Assembly (NCBI GenBank): GCA_030149205.1
Contig: JASBSB010000003.1
Coordinates: 120,001 to 152,000, forward strand
Source of the DNA: Candidatus Heimdallarchaeota archaeon
GTDB lineage: Archaea; Asgardarchaeota; Heimdallarchaeia; Heimdallarchaeales; Kariarchaeaceae
Direction: 5' to 3'
DNA length: 32,000 bases
The translations under genes and the position numbers were made by a program. Positions 8,249 to 18,684 of this stretch are shown here, one piece after another. The notes beneath the pieces are model-generated. The model was not told the origin of the DNA, ran no database searches, and worked only from the letters and a program-made list of their open reading frames with translations. Positions within the stretch are counted from its first letter, which is position 1. Each line of letters opens with the position of its first letter.

Positions 8249-9793
8249 CTATTCACCAAATTTTATACCTTGGGCCAGAGGTAATTCATCGCTCCAGTTG
8301 ATTGTACTGGTTTGTCTCTTCATGTATTGTTTCCATGCATCAGATCCTGCCTCAACTCCACCATTACCTGTGTCTTTATGACCACCAAATGCTCCACCTA
8401 TTTCTGCACCCGAGGTCCCTATGTTAACATTTGCAATTCCACAGTCACTCCCAATAGTTGAAAGAAACCTTTCACTATATTTCACAGAGTCTGTAAAAAT
8501 AGCAGATGACAATCCCTGAGGTACTCCATTATGAAGTTCAATAGCTTCATCTATTGTATCAAAGGGTATGATATAGAGTAAAGGAGCAAATGTCTCTGTA
8601 CAAACCATTTGAATGTTCCCTGGAGCTTCAGCAATTGCGGGAGTGATATAAAATCCTTTTCGATTTACTCTTTCACCACCATGGATTAGTTTGCCTCCCT
8701 GAGGGGGTAGAGCATTAATTGCATCTAACATATCTTTAATTGCTTGTTGGCTAACAACAGGTCCCATTACTGTGTGCGGGTCTAAAGGATCACCAATTGT
8801 AACTTGCTTGTAAGCCTTGATCAGTCTTTCTTCGACCTCTTTCAATATGCTCCTTTGTACTATAATACGCCTTGTTGTTGTACACCTTTGTCCAGCTGTC
8901 CCCACTGCACCGAAGAGAATAGCACGTATAGCTAGATCTAAGTTAGCGTCTTCCATTAATATTATAGCATTGTTTCCTCCAAGTTCAAGGATAGTTCTTC
9001 CTAATCGCTTTCCAACTACCTCTGCAACTCGAACTCCCATTCTTGTAGAACCTGTAGCAGAGATTAAGGGAACCCTACGATCGTTTAATAATTTCTCTCC
9101 AACCTCCGAACCTCTTCCTATCACCAAGGTAAATACGGATTTTAAACCATGTCTTTTCATAACCCTGTTTGCAATCTTTTGTACAGCGATGGCACAGAGT
9201 GGAGTTTGACTGGATGGCTTCCAAACCATGGTGTCTCCGGTAACAGCTGCAATCATAGAGTTCCATGACCAGACAGCCACTGGAAAATTAAAGGATGTAA
9301 TAATTCCTACGACACCTAAAGGATGATACTGTTCAAACATTCGATGTTTTACTCTCTCCGATTTCATGGTTAGACCATATAACTGGCGGGAAAGTCCCAC
9401 AGCAAAATCAGAGATGTCAATTGCCTCCTGCACCTCTCCTTTTCCCTCTGCAACAATTTTCCCCATTTCAAGTGTTATTAACTGCCCAAGAGCATCCTTA
9501 TATTTACGAAGCTCATCTCCAAAATCTCTAATGATCAACCCACGTTTAGGTGCAGGAATCATCTGCCATGTTTGAAATTCTTCTTGTGCTGCCTTAATCA
9601 CATTCTCATAATCTTCAGAAGTTGCCAAGGCAACTTTGGCTATAACAGACCCATCTATTGGACTTATAGATTCGAGCAGGTCTCTACCTTCTGTAGGTAA
9701 CCAAGTATCGACACCTGAACATGCTCCAGAATTCACCTCTTCAATCCCTAAATCCTTAAGGAATGAATATTTTTGTAATGTCTCATTGAACAT
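8249..9793 (-). CDS. Aldehyde dehydrogenase, ALDH7/antiquitin (alpha-aminoadipic semialdehyde/P6C dehydrogenase) family
   Basis: SFNFPVAV, WKPS, LELGGNNA, GQRCTT, ETFAP, GSDCGIANVNIGTSGAEIGGAFGG and GSDAWKQYM motifs. Confidence 0.92.
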   Translation of the reverse strand: MFNETLQKYSFLKDLGIEEVNSGACSGVDTWLPTEGRDLLESISPIDGSVIAKVALATSEDYENVIKAAQEEFQTWQMIPAPKRGLIIRDFGDELRKYKDALGQLITLEMGKIVAEGKGEVQEAIDISDFAVGLSRQLYGLTMKSERVKHRMFEQYHPLGVVGIITSFNFPVAVWSWNSMIAAVTGDTMVWKPSSQTPLCAIAVQKIANRVMKRHGLKSVFTLVIGRGSEVGEKLLNDRRVPLISATGSTRMGVRVAEVVGKRLGRTILELGGNNAIILMEDANLDLAIRAILFGAVGTAGQRCTTTRRIIVQRSILKEVEERLIKAYKQVTIGDPLDPHTVMGPVVSQQAIKDMLDAINALPPQGGKLIHGGERVNRKGFYITPAIAEAPGNIQMVCTETFAPLLYIIPFDTIDEAIELHNGVPQGLSSAIFTDSVKYSERFLSTIGSDCGIANVNIGTSGAEIGGAFGGHKDTGNGGVEAGSDAWKQYMKRQTSTINWSDELPLAQGIKFGE

Positions 9794-9955
9794 AGTAATA
9801 CAATTCCGTCATGATTTTTATATTCATTCGTAGTTAGAGAAATTTCTTACAATTCTAGCATCTTTGTTTAACTATTACGTAATTTCTTTGCACAGAATGA
9901 ATTGTTAGATAACAAAAATTGAGAACCATTTTAAAGAGTTAAACGCAATAATATT

Positions 9956-11503
9956 GTGGAAAACTCTGATAAGATCCTAGAGTTATTTTCAAGAGGGAAA
10001 AAGCTAGCTAAAGAAAAAATGTATGACGAGGCAATTGCAAACTTTCTTGATGCTGCTGAATTAACAGTACAATATGCAAAAATAAGTACAGAGGAAGACA
10101 AACATAGATATGAACGAATCGCAAATATGATAATTGAAGAGATAAAAGAAACTAAGGCAATAAAGCACCTTACAACCACAAAATCAGTAGAATCTCATGA
10201 AATCGGGAATGATTTAAAACCTGAAGATATTCAGATGAAGGACGAACCTGTTGTTAGTGATTCATCAGCATTGGAAAGAGAAACAAGCAAAGAAAAAGTT
10301 TTGATCCCTGATGTTTTTGAAAATTATGTTCTTGCCCCAAAACAAGACATAGACATCCCACTGGGAGAGACCAAGGAAGGAATCTATCATTGGAAACCAA
10401 GTGAACTAATGAACGGTATAGTGATGATAACTGGAGGAAGTGGCTCTGGGAAGTCTGATACTTTAAAGAGCTTTGCAAAGGAGCTTACAGAAAGAGGATA
10501 CCCAGCGTTGGTGATTGACCTTCATGGTGATTTGACTCTTGAAATTCCAAAAATCGATATTAATTTCACAAGCAAGTTCGGGATTAACCCTCTAGAACTT
10601 TTTTCTGTTTCTTCTCTTGATGGGGGTCCAGAACCTCAGATAAATCGATTAGTCCAGTTATTCGATGATGCTGTTGAAGATGGTTTCTCTTCCACACAAC
10701 TGGCATTTATAAGAAATCTTCTAGGGTATGCCTATCAACAGGCACATATTATACAGGGAAATCCAGAAACTTGGAAGAATAGTCCACCTACCTTTAAGGA
10801 TGTCAAAAACATAGTTTCAACCTATCAGACACTGATAGAGATTGATCCAGAAAATTCGTACTTGGTCTCTCTTAACACAGCAACCAACGCTACACTGAAT
10901 GCTGTAATAAACCGACTTTCCCCAATTTTAAACCATCCAGCTTTTGTGACTAATGAAATGATACCAATCGGAAAATTAACTGAGTTTCCTTTGAGGATTA
11001 ACTTAAAGTCAATTCATACGGTTGATATGCAATATATTGTGGTTGACTCGATTTTGCACCAGCTGTTTTCAAGGTTAAGGTCAAAAGGACATGTTGAGGG
11101 AAGTTCTGATGAGGAAAGATTTCGAATGTTTGTTTTAATTGACGAAGTCAAAATACTTTCAGGGAACAGGGGAGACATTAACGATTCATTTAACATCTTA
11201 AACAGGTTAGCATCTGAGTCAAGAAAATTTGGGATAGGAATGATAGTTGCAAGTCAGGTAATACGACATTTTGGGAGAGATATTCGTTCAAATAGCGCGA
11301 CAAAGATAGTATTACGAGCAATGGACAATGAAGAGGCGAGAGTCAATGCAAAAGAGATTGAAATTGATAATAAATTACTCAAAGCCTTAAGAAAGCCAGG
11401 TTTAGGTTACATCAGGACGACCAATGATATTGTTGCAAAGAAAATACAAATCTTTCCTTTTGTTGACAGACCAATCCATATAGAGGTCCTTGAAGAGGAG
11501 TAA
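9956..11503 (+). CDS. HerA/FtsK-superfamily (DUF87-like) ATPase with N-terminal MIT-like three-helix domain
   Basis: Walker A GGSGSGKS, VIDLHGD, Walker B LIDE, arginine finger ESRKFG, ASQ. The N-terminal 70 aa (FSRGKKLAKEKMYDEAIANFLDAAE...KHRYERIANMIIEEIK) match the MIT pattern. Confidence 0.85.
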   Translation: MENSDKILELFSRGKKLAKEKMYDEAIANFLDAAELTVQYAKISTEEDKHRYERIANMIIEEIKETKAIKHLTTTKSVESHEIGNDLKPEDIQMKDEPVVSDSSALERETSKEKVLIPDVFENYVLAPKQDIDIPLGETKEGIYHWKPSELMNGIVMITGGSGSGKSDTLKSFAKELTERGYPALVIDLHGDLTLEIPKIDINFTSKFGINPLELFSVSSLDGGPEPQINRLVQLFDDAVEDGFSSTQLAFIRNLLGYAYQQAHIIQGNPETWKNSPPTFKDVKNIVSTYQTLIEIDPENSYLVSLNTATNATLNAVINRLSPILNHPAFVTNEMIPIGKLTEFPLRINLKSIHTVDMQYIVVDSILHQLFSRLRSKGHVEGSSDEERFRMFVLIDEVKILSGNRGDINDSFNILNRLASESRKFGIGMIVASQVIRHFGRDIRSNSATKIVLRAMDNEEARVNAKEIEIDNKLLKALRKPGLGYIRTTNDIVAKKIQIFPFVDRPIHIEVLEEE

Positions 11504-11567
11504 CAAAATAACTTACAACAAATAGGTAAGTATATAGTATACCCGCTTGTTTCAATTGGGAGAAATC

Positions 11568-12545
11568 CTAATATTCTAAATCTAAATCAACTTGATTAAC
11601 AAAGTTGTCTCCACCATCTAAAAACATCTTAAGATTTTTTATAACGTCATCCCACCGCTTTATTGAGTCAAACGGTGATGCACCTCTATGTGGGGAAAGA
11701 ATCACATTTTCAAGCTTATAAAATGGATATTTAGTCGCTTCAAAAGGGAATTTCTTATTATTCTCCTCTTTTGGGCTGTAATCATACCAAACATCAATAC
11801 CCGCAGAATCAATTTTTTTAGTCTCTAGTGCATTATAAAATGATTCTTGGTCAATAACATCACCACGGGCAACGTTAATCAAGACCAAATTTGATTTCAT
11901 AATATCAAATTCTCTCTTTCCCAACAATTTGCTTGTTTTCTGTGTTAATGGAACAGCAACAATTAAGGCGTCTAATACCGAAAGAAAATCATCAATTGTA
12001 TCAGGTGTAAATCTACCGATATGATTGTTGATGTTATCATCCTCCCATTTTCTCTTCAAAATAGAAAACTTACAATCAAACCCTTGAAGCATTCTATACA
12101 CATTTTGATTGATTTTTCCAAATCCAAGTAATCCAACATTTAATTCTCTTAAAGGCAAAGATTTTGCGAGTGAATCACCTGTTCGCCAGATACCCTGTCT
12201 CATTGCATTATCATGAATAAATAATCTGGAAGATAGTGCTAACAACATTGCCACTGCATGTTGTGCTGTATAATATGCGTTTCCATGATTATTTACTAAT
12301 ACAGGAGTGATATTAGACGATCTAAAAATAGGTATTAAGTGTTGAACCCCTGCACCAGGGTTAATAAACAATTCTAAATTTGAACATGAATTAAGTAGCT
12401 CTACCGTAGGTCTCCAACCAATCATAACTTCAATTGTAGTTGGATCATAATCCTCTCCGATAATATTAAAATCGGCTTGGGGGATTTGAGATTTAAAGTA
12501 ATCCAGTAGTTGCTTCGAAGGTTCCCAGATTAACAGAACATTCAT
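11568..12545 (-). CDS. D-isomer-specific 2-hydroxyacid dehydrogenase
   Basis: GLLGFGKIN, AVPLTQKT, LINVARGDVID, AGIDVW and ILSPHRG motifs. Confidence 0.9.
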   Translation of the reverse strand: MNVLLIWEPSKQLLDYFKSQIPQADFNIIGEDYDPTTIEVMIGWRPTVELLNSCSNLELFINPGAGVQHLIPIFRSSNITPVLVNNHGNAYYTAQHAVAMLLALSSRLFIHDNAMRQGIWRTGDSLAKSLPLRELNVGLLGFGKINQNVYRMLQGFDCKFSILKRKWEDDNINNHIGRFTPDTIDDFLSVLDALIVAVPLTQKTSKLLGKREFDIMKSNLVLINVARGDVIDQESFYNALETKKIDSAGIDVWYDYSPKEENNKKFPFEATKYPFYKLENVILSPHRGASPFDSIKRWDDVIKNLKMFLDGGDNFVNQVDLDLEY

Positions 12546-12775
12546 TCTTCATTTGCAATCATCATGATTGTACCTTGAATAGCATCTATTTTTCGAATTT
12601 TCTCATTCAAATCAAGATTAATTTCATCAAGATTAGGTGCTTCGATTCTTGCAATAATATCATACACACCATATACGAGATCAATCTCTTTTACCTGTGT
12701 TATACTTTTCAATTCATTTACTACCTCTTCCTCTTTTCCCATCTGAGTATTAATCAATATGAACGCCGTTGCCAT
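12542..12775 (-). CDS. Stand-alone Lrp/AsnC ligand-binding (RAM) domain protein
   Basis: AFILIN...VYGVYDIIARIEA pattern, 77 aa, no HTH; 4-bp overlap with the dehydrogenase gene. Confidence 0.88.
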   Translation of the reverse strand: MATAFILINTQMGKEEEVVNELKSITQVKEIDLVYGVYDIIARIEAPNLDEINLDLNEKIRKIDAIQGTIMMIANEE

Positions 12776-13093
12776 TAGTGAACCTCTTACAATTTGCTTA
12801 GTATTCTAAGACTTTAATAATTTTATTCTTTCGAGAGTTGAAGAAAGGTAAAGAGAAAGAAAATTTATGTCCATCTAGAGTTGAGAATTAATAGAAAACA
12901 AATGGTATTATTGACTTCAATGCTTTTACTTGGAATTTTAGGTTAACTTTTAATAAGTTTTTAGAAAGAAAAAACATAAGTTTAAACAATAATTAGCAAA
13001 TTGATGCAAAAAAAAATTTGTATTTCATCAATACTAAGAAATTACTTCGTATATTTTTTATATAAATAATATATCTTTGGATTACATAAAGAG

Positions 13094-15316
13094 ATGAAAT
13101 TAAAGGAATTAAAAATAGAAAATATTCTTGGATTTCTGGATCCAACTACAATTAAAATTTTAGATGATCTAATATATTTTGTAGGAGAAAATGGATCTGG
13201 TAAAACTAATCTTACTCGTATAATAAATTTTATAATACAGAATTTTGAGCGAGGGTCAGTTGAATATCATAAATTTAGGTTTTGGAATCCCAAAGAAAAA
13301 GCGAATTTTGAAATGATATTTGAACTAAATCAAAATGAACAAATTCTTTGGTCCAAAATAATTAGTTTAAAATTTATAATACTCTTTTCGCATCAATCTT
13401 CTGAACTTAAAATTACGAATGTAGAATTACTTTATAAATTCTATAACTTGTTAAAAAGAGAATTTAATAGCCAAAACGTTTTCAAATATATGATAATTTC
13501 AGGTGAAACAGATGAAAAATCACCTGAAACCATGAAATTTTATGCATCATTTTTAGATGGTAAGAAGAAACTTAAAACTTATATTGATATTTTTGGGATT
13601 GATTCAATCTTTTTTACAAATATACCGCAAATACCACAAGTTCACCAATCTGTGAGGACAATTTATGAAATAAAGCAATTTAATCTAATCTCTTTAAATG
13701 ATGTAAACAAAGTCTTATCAAATCTAGAACTACCAAACTTAATTGGGGGTAATTCAGAAGATGATATTGTAATAAATATTATGAATGGTATTCAAGGAAT
13801 TTTAAGACAAGAAAATAAAGATAATTTAGAATTTTTTTTTCGGACCAATGATTTAGATTATGTTACATTAGAGAAATTTAGGGCAATTAAAGAGTTTAAG
13901 GAAGATATGTTTTCACTTATCGAATTTTTCAGATCGAAGATTCCAAGATTCGACGATGAGAGAAATAATATTAATTTTTATCAATTGATAAACAGAATAT
14001 TAAATAGCAGCATAGATATATTGGTGGAAGATAGGGGATTAATAACAAATTCGGGATATTTTAGTTATTTACGTGGATATACTAAAAACTTAGTTCTTTC
14101 AACTTGTATTAATGATCTAATGAATATGAAAACTTCAATCGATCCAGTTAAGAGAAATCGGTACAATAAAATCAAAAAATCATTTCATAAGTTATTCAAT
14201 GTAGAATTTGAGCTTATCTACGAATATAAAATTCAAGAAGCTGACAATCTTAATCATGACCTACCAATGATGATAAATTTACAGAGTTTGGGAAGAAAAA
14301 TTAATGAATATGATTACATTATTGAATCGATAAACGATAAAAAATTCTATGGGGCTTTTCCAATGGTTGTTTTTATCACTGAAGATGAAACACAGTTTTC
14401 CTTAACCTCTGCACCTGGTGGTTATATTGAAGGTATAATGGTTCTTTACGCTCTTTTTAATTCAGAATCCAACACTGTTGTTTTAGATGAACCTGGAAAC
14501 AGATTTCATACGAAATATTTAATTAAACTAAAGGATTTAATTATTAAAAATCGTAAAAATATCGAGAAAACTTTAATTATCTTTACTCATAGCAAGGAAC
14601 TGATTGATGAGCAAAACTTAAATAATGTAAAAAGAATTATCAGAAAGAATAACAAATCTATTATCAAAAATGTTAATGAATTTATTGATAAATTAAATAT
14701 AAACCAACAAAATAAGATGATAACAAATCTTATTGAACCTTTTTTCTTAGATTTATTCTTCGAAAATAAGGTATTGTTTGTTGAAGGAAAATGGGATTCA
14801 AGGGTATTAACTGCATTAAATTACATATTAGAAAATCCTAAAAATATGAATTTTGATAATTTAAATCCATATGGAAAGATTGTACATACTATCATTAGGT
14901 GTGAAGGAAAGGGTTCATTACTACGAGCTGTACAAGTTTGTAAATTTTTTGAAATCGAATGGTTTGCGATAGTTGATTTTGATGCTATTTGTCAAAATAA
15001 ATTAAAAGAAAGTCAAGAGGTATGGAAAATTCTCGAAGTAGATGGTGTGGAAGACTTAAATGAATCTGTGTTGAGTGACAGCAATACAACCGCAACCCCA
15101 ACAGAAATTCTTGAGTACTGTGAAAATCATAAAATATTTAGTTGGGAAGGTGATTTAGAGAGTTCACTCTCCACTAATAAAGATAAACTTAAGCAGATGT
15201 CAATAACAGAATTAATTGAAAAATTAGAAGAGGAGATTAAAAATAAAAATAAGGAAATGATTAGATTAATTGACTTTCTTAAAGCTAAAGAGTTGTTAAG
15301 AGAACGCATATCATGA
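13094..15316 (+). CDS. OLD-family ATP-dependent nuclease (ABC ATPase + TOPRIM)
   Basis: Walker A GENGSGKT, signature-like SAPGG, Walker B VLDEP, H-switch FTHS, TOPRIM FFENKVLFVEGKWD and DFD, and a C-terminal DLE. Confidence 0.88.
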   Translation: MKLKELKIENILGFLDPTTIKILDDLIYFVGENGSGKTNLTRIINFIIQNFERGSVEYHKFRFWNPKEKANFEMIFELNQNEQILWSKIISLKFIILFSHQSSELKITNVELLYKFYNLLKREFNSQNVFKYMIISGETDEKSPETMKFYASFLDGKKKLKTYIDIFGIDSIFFTNIPQIPQVHQSVRTIYEIKQFNLISLNDVNKVLSNLELPNLIGGNSEDDIVINIMNGIQGILRQENKDNLEFFFRTNDLDYVTLEKFRAIKEFKEDMFSLIEFFRSKIPRFDDERNNINFYQLINRILNSSIDILVEDRGLITNSGYFSYLRGYTKNLVLSTCINDLMNMKTSIDPVKRNRYNKIKKSFHKLFNVEFELIYEYKIQEADNLNHDLPMMINLQSLGRKINEYDYIIESINDKKFYGAFPMVVFITEDETQFSLTSAPGGYIEGIMVLYALFNSESNTVVLDEPGNRFHTKYLIKLKDLIIKNRKNIEKTLIIFTHSKELIDEQNLNNVKRIIRKNNKSIIKNVNEFIDKLNINQQNKMITNLIEPFFLDLFFENKVLFVEGKWDSRVLTALNYILENPKNMNFDNLNPYGKIVHTIIRCEGKGSLLRAVQVCKFFEIEWFAIVDFDAICQNKLKESQEVWKILEVDGVEDLNESVLSDSNTTATPTEILEYCENHKIFSWEGDLESSLSTNKDKLKQMSITELIEKLEEEIKNKNKEMIRLIDFLKAKELLRERIS

Positions 15317-15760
15317 ATTACATAGATTGTTATTTATTAACACAGGGTATTCTATTAGTCATTACAATTATTAATAGTATACCTCTTTAGTGAACTAGGA
15401 AACGAAGTAAGTTTTGATTCTATTAAAAATGAATTTAAAATTCCTTCAATATTTTGATGAAAAATTTTCCACAATTGATTTTAAATATGAGGGAATTAGT
15501 TATAGTAACACTATTCATAAGCAGGCAAGATTAAGAATTGAAAAAAAATACAAGAACAGTTAAAACTGCCATGATTTGTACACCAATCATACAAACCAAT
15601 AGTCAAAGATGTGATAAAAAATTCCACCTGTTAACCCAAATCTTCCATCTGAATTATCAAAAGATGGAATTGTTAAAGGAAAGTTATTTGTCGAATCTCT
15701 TTCACTTCGGTGTAGTTCATTTTGGTATATCCACTTGATATGTCAAAACTATACCTGACT
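15313..15760 (+). pseudogene. Possible frameshifted gene remnant translationally coupled to the OLD gene
   Basis: ATG overlaps the OLD stop (ATGA at 15313-15316). Protein-like fragments continue across frames: ELGNEVSFDSIKNEFKIP / DEKFSTIDFKYEGISY...RIEKK / IQEQLKLP*FVHQSYKPIVKDVIK / KIPPVNPNLPSELSKDGIVKGKLFVE. Confidence 0.3.
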
Positions 15761-16256
15761 CTAGCAACACCAGACTTATCTGAAGATGCATAAATTTCAT
15801 AGATGAATTTCAAGAAATAATGAATGTTTTATGACATTATTCTGGTCACATATTATTAAATTGCTTTATTTTTATTTTTAAGATAAACTTAAAAGATTTG
15901 GTTGGATCAGAATTTTTAGGTGGAATTATCTTAATTCTCACGTCCGAGGTTGTTGAATAATGTGACATAAAAGCCTCAAGTGAACAAAAGATGACTGATG
16001 TTGGTAAGTTTAGATCTTCAGGTCTAGTAAAACTCAGAAAATTTGATACTTAGATAATAAAATTGCCAAAAGAATTTACTAAGGATGCAAAATTTTTGCG
16101 ACTACTAAAAGAACAAATTCAATAATTTTTACTAAAGACAATTACATGTATGGAACTGCTGTAACTGAAGGAAAATTCAGATTGAAATAGCAATATTTAT
16201 CGATATGAAAGAGAGTGACAGAAAAATTTGTATAATATTCAATGAATTGAACACTA

Positions 16257-17282
16257 GTGAGTAGAAGACAAACAAAAATTAATCTAATTGAAAATGGGAT
16301 TCATTCTTTGTATAAGGGTATTTCTCAGTTAGAAAGATATAAACAAAGAGGAAATAGTAGATTTGATTTGAAGGATTCAATTGTTTCAATTCACCATTCG
16401 GTAGAATTATTAATGAAACAAATATTGATTGAGGAGAATGAGCTCCTGATTTTTGACAACCTTACTAAATACCACAATCAATACAAAAACGCGAAAGAAC
16501 AAAATATTGATGTTTTTTCGCTCCAAAAACCACCTTACACGATATCTTTTGATGAAGCAGTTTCAAGGGTAAAATCATTTAAATCTCCAAGAAAACTAGA
16601 TGAACAGTTAGTAGATAAATTGAAAGAATTGAACCAATTAAGAAACAGAATTGAACATTACGAAATTGAGATGGATAAGGACATTGTGGAAACTCTAATA
16701 GCATACATTATAAACCCACTATTAGATCTTTTTAGGACACATATCCAAGATTTTTCGACACATGAAAATCGAATAAACAGTGAACTCCCCTCGCTAAGTT
16801 CTTCCTATAGAAGAATTTCTAATGAAATTATCATGCCAAAGATTAACAAAATATCACAAATAGAGAAGAAGCTTGAATATTTAATTTTCAAATTTGATCA
16901 ACAAAAAATTCAAAATAAACGCTTTGTAAATTTCTCAAATTTGAAAAATGTTCCAAAATACACATCATTGATTCAAAAAAAAATGTATTATAATTTCAAA
17001 TTTGATTATTCCTTTAAATCAAATTCACAATTATGGAGAATTGTTGTTAAAGTGAACCCAAATCAAAATACTTTAATTAATAACATAAATAGGTTTAGCA
17101 AGATCCTAAAACAAGATTCGAAGATTATAATATGGTTAATTTTGGTTTTTGAATTAAGCGATAAATTGTCCAATGCATCCAAGTTATTTTTCAGAAAACA
17201 ATATAAAAAACAAATACCAAACCGACTGTACATCACTTCAATTTCTGATTGGGAACAGTTTGTAGATTATTTCAATAATTAA
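16257..17282 (+). CDS. HEPN-superfamily protein with C-terminal degenerate PD-(D/E)xK-like domain
   Basis: N-terminal SIHHSVELLMK helix and RNRIEH (RxxxxH). The C-terminal FKFDY...WRIVVK resembles a REase core with Glu replaced by Val. Confidence 0.65.
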   Translation: MSRRQTKINLIENGIHSLYKGISQLERYKQRGNSRFDLKDSIVSIHHSVELLMKQILIEENELLIFDNLTKYHNQYKNAKEQNIDVFSLQKPPYTISFDEAVSRVKSFKSPRKLDEQLVDKLKELNQLRNRIEHYEIEMDKDIVETLIAYIINPLLDLFRTHIQDFSTHENRINSELPSLSSSYRRISNEIIMPKINKISQIEKKLEYLIFKFDQQKIQNKRFVNFSNLKNVPKYTSLIQKKMYYNFKFDYSFKSNSQLWRIVVKVNPNQNTLINNINRFSKILKQDSKIIIWLILVFELSDKLSNASKLFFRKQYKKQIPNRLYITSISDWEQFVDYFNN

Positions 17283-17380
17283 TTTTTATTCATTTAAATA
17301 CTCTCTTCCCACATTTATAATATCAAGTGTCAAGGCATCCTATTTCTCCTTATTATTCAATTCACAATCCCATAGAGTTT

Positions 17381-18684
17381 TCAGTACCTCAATCTTGATT
17401 TGACCTTATGCATTAGTTCTATCGGGTTTAAATCAATCTTTACTGTTTTACCTTAAATGGTCTTTACTATTTTCTTTGCAAACTGTACTACGACATCATT
17501 TTACTCACTCGAGAATCAATTCTATCCATGAGCAAATTGTAGAACAGAAATTCAATGAGTGTTACCCCAAATTGCTTAGTAATCTGATCTCTGATGTAAA
17601 TCTTCTCACGCATTGTTTACTATCCTTTAAAATACACCTGGTCAATGATTCTGCTATCCTCATATGCATCAATTAATTCCTACTGTCTCTCACCCAACTT
17701 TTTAGTATTACCCTCATCCTTTTTCGGTAAATTTCTGAGGATATGGCGGATACTATTTTCCATCTTCTTGGTTTGTCCCTTGATATTCTCTGATCATATC
17801 TTGAGCTTTTTATCGAATTTGGGATCAAGTATGGATATAGGTTGAGTCAAATGTGTTATTCCAAGAGAGTGAATATGTCCATTCAAAATCCTCTTGGTTT
17901 TTCCCCTACAACTTGCTGTGAAGACAGTATTTTCATCATATGTACTGTTGGCAAGTTTGCATAATATTCCAAGATATGTTTGGACTTCCTTTCTGGGAAG
18001 TAAAAGATCGAGTGACTTGACAAACCCTCGAAAATCGTCAGCAAATTACTGCCTCACGTCCTCCTTAATCAGAGCTTATTTGGTCTTGACATGCTTTATA
18101 ATATCATAATGCTCGAACAGGGTAACGACAATCATCTGTAAAACTTAATCTACGGGATAATCTCATCAATTGGTATAAGTATATGCTTGAAATCCTGTTA
18201 GTGATAATTTAAGAGAGCTTCTTTCAATGAATTCTTCAAACCAAAATAATCAAATATTGAACCAGAAGCCTTGATATCTCCTTATCTACGATTAACTCGT
18301 GCAATTACCTGAAGGAGGTTATGCTCTTTCTTTCAATGGTTTGCAAGATACATCACCTTCACAATTGGTGCATCAAATCCTGTGAGTAACCTATCACAGA
18401 CGATCAGAATTTTTTTCCCATTCGAGTGAGTTTTCAATTCTCCCTCATTAGCATCTAAGGTATTGTAAGTTTGTACTTTAAAAATTTCATATGTTACTAT
18501 CTTAATACTCTCCTCGTTGATCCAGGGATTGATTCGTGTGATAGCCTCAGATAGTCTTAATCTTTGTAGTGGTTCACTTTCGGTCTCCCGTTTATAACTG
18601 ACATCTGAGGAATCCTTGAAGTTAAATCCAAGATACTTAATCAAACGAAACGCAGATTCTTCGGTTAGAGCCCATTCGCTCTAT
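17381..18684 (-). pseudogene. hsdR: Type I restriction enzyme R subunit pseudogene with large internal deletion, frameshifts and many stops
   Basis: Manual translation gives an N-terminal EWALTEESAFRLIKYLGF...RLSEAITRINP, then directly ILIVCDRLLTGFDAP..MYL/KPLK/HNLLQVIARVNRR*, then a C-terminal region (KSLDLLLP, HIHSLGI, PISILDPKF, MENSIRH) with about ten stops. The start codon is corrupted (ATAG) 1 nt after an AGGAGG Shine-Dalgarno. Confidence 0.9.

Noticed and set aside
15850-16050. About 65-codon open stretch on the minus strand (SNFLSFTRPEDLNLPTS...)
   Set aside because: No convincing start or recognisable motif; compatible with chance in AT-rich DNA.
13094-17282. Calling the OLD locus Gabija or PARIS
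   Set aside because: There is no UvrD-like GajB, and the ATPase and TOPRIM are in one chain with no separate AriA/AriB pair.
17476-18109. Three plus-strand short ORFs (17476-17676, 17645-17845, 17894-18109)
   Set aside because: They are antisense to the hsdR pseudogene, which explains the region.
18333-18644. 103-aa ORF as an independent small protein
   Set aside because: It is the fused N-terminal/helicase fragment of the hsdR pseudogene.
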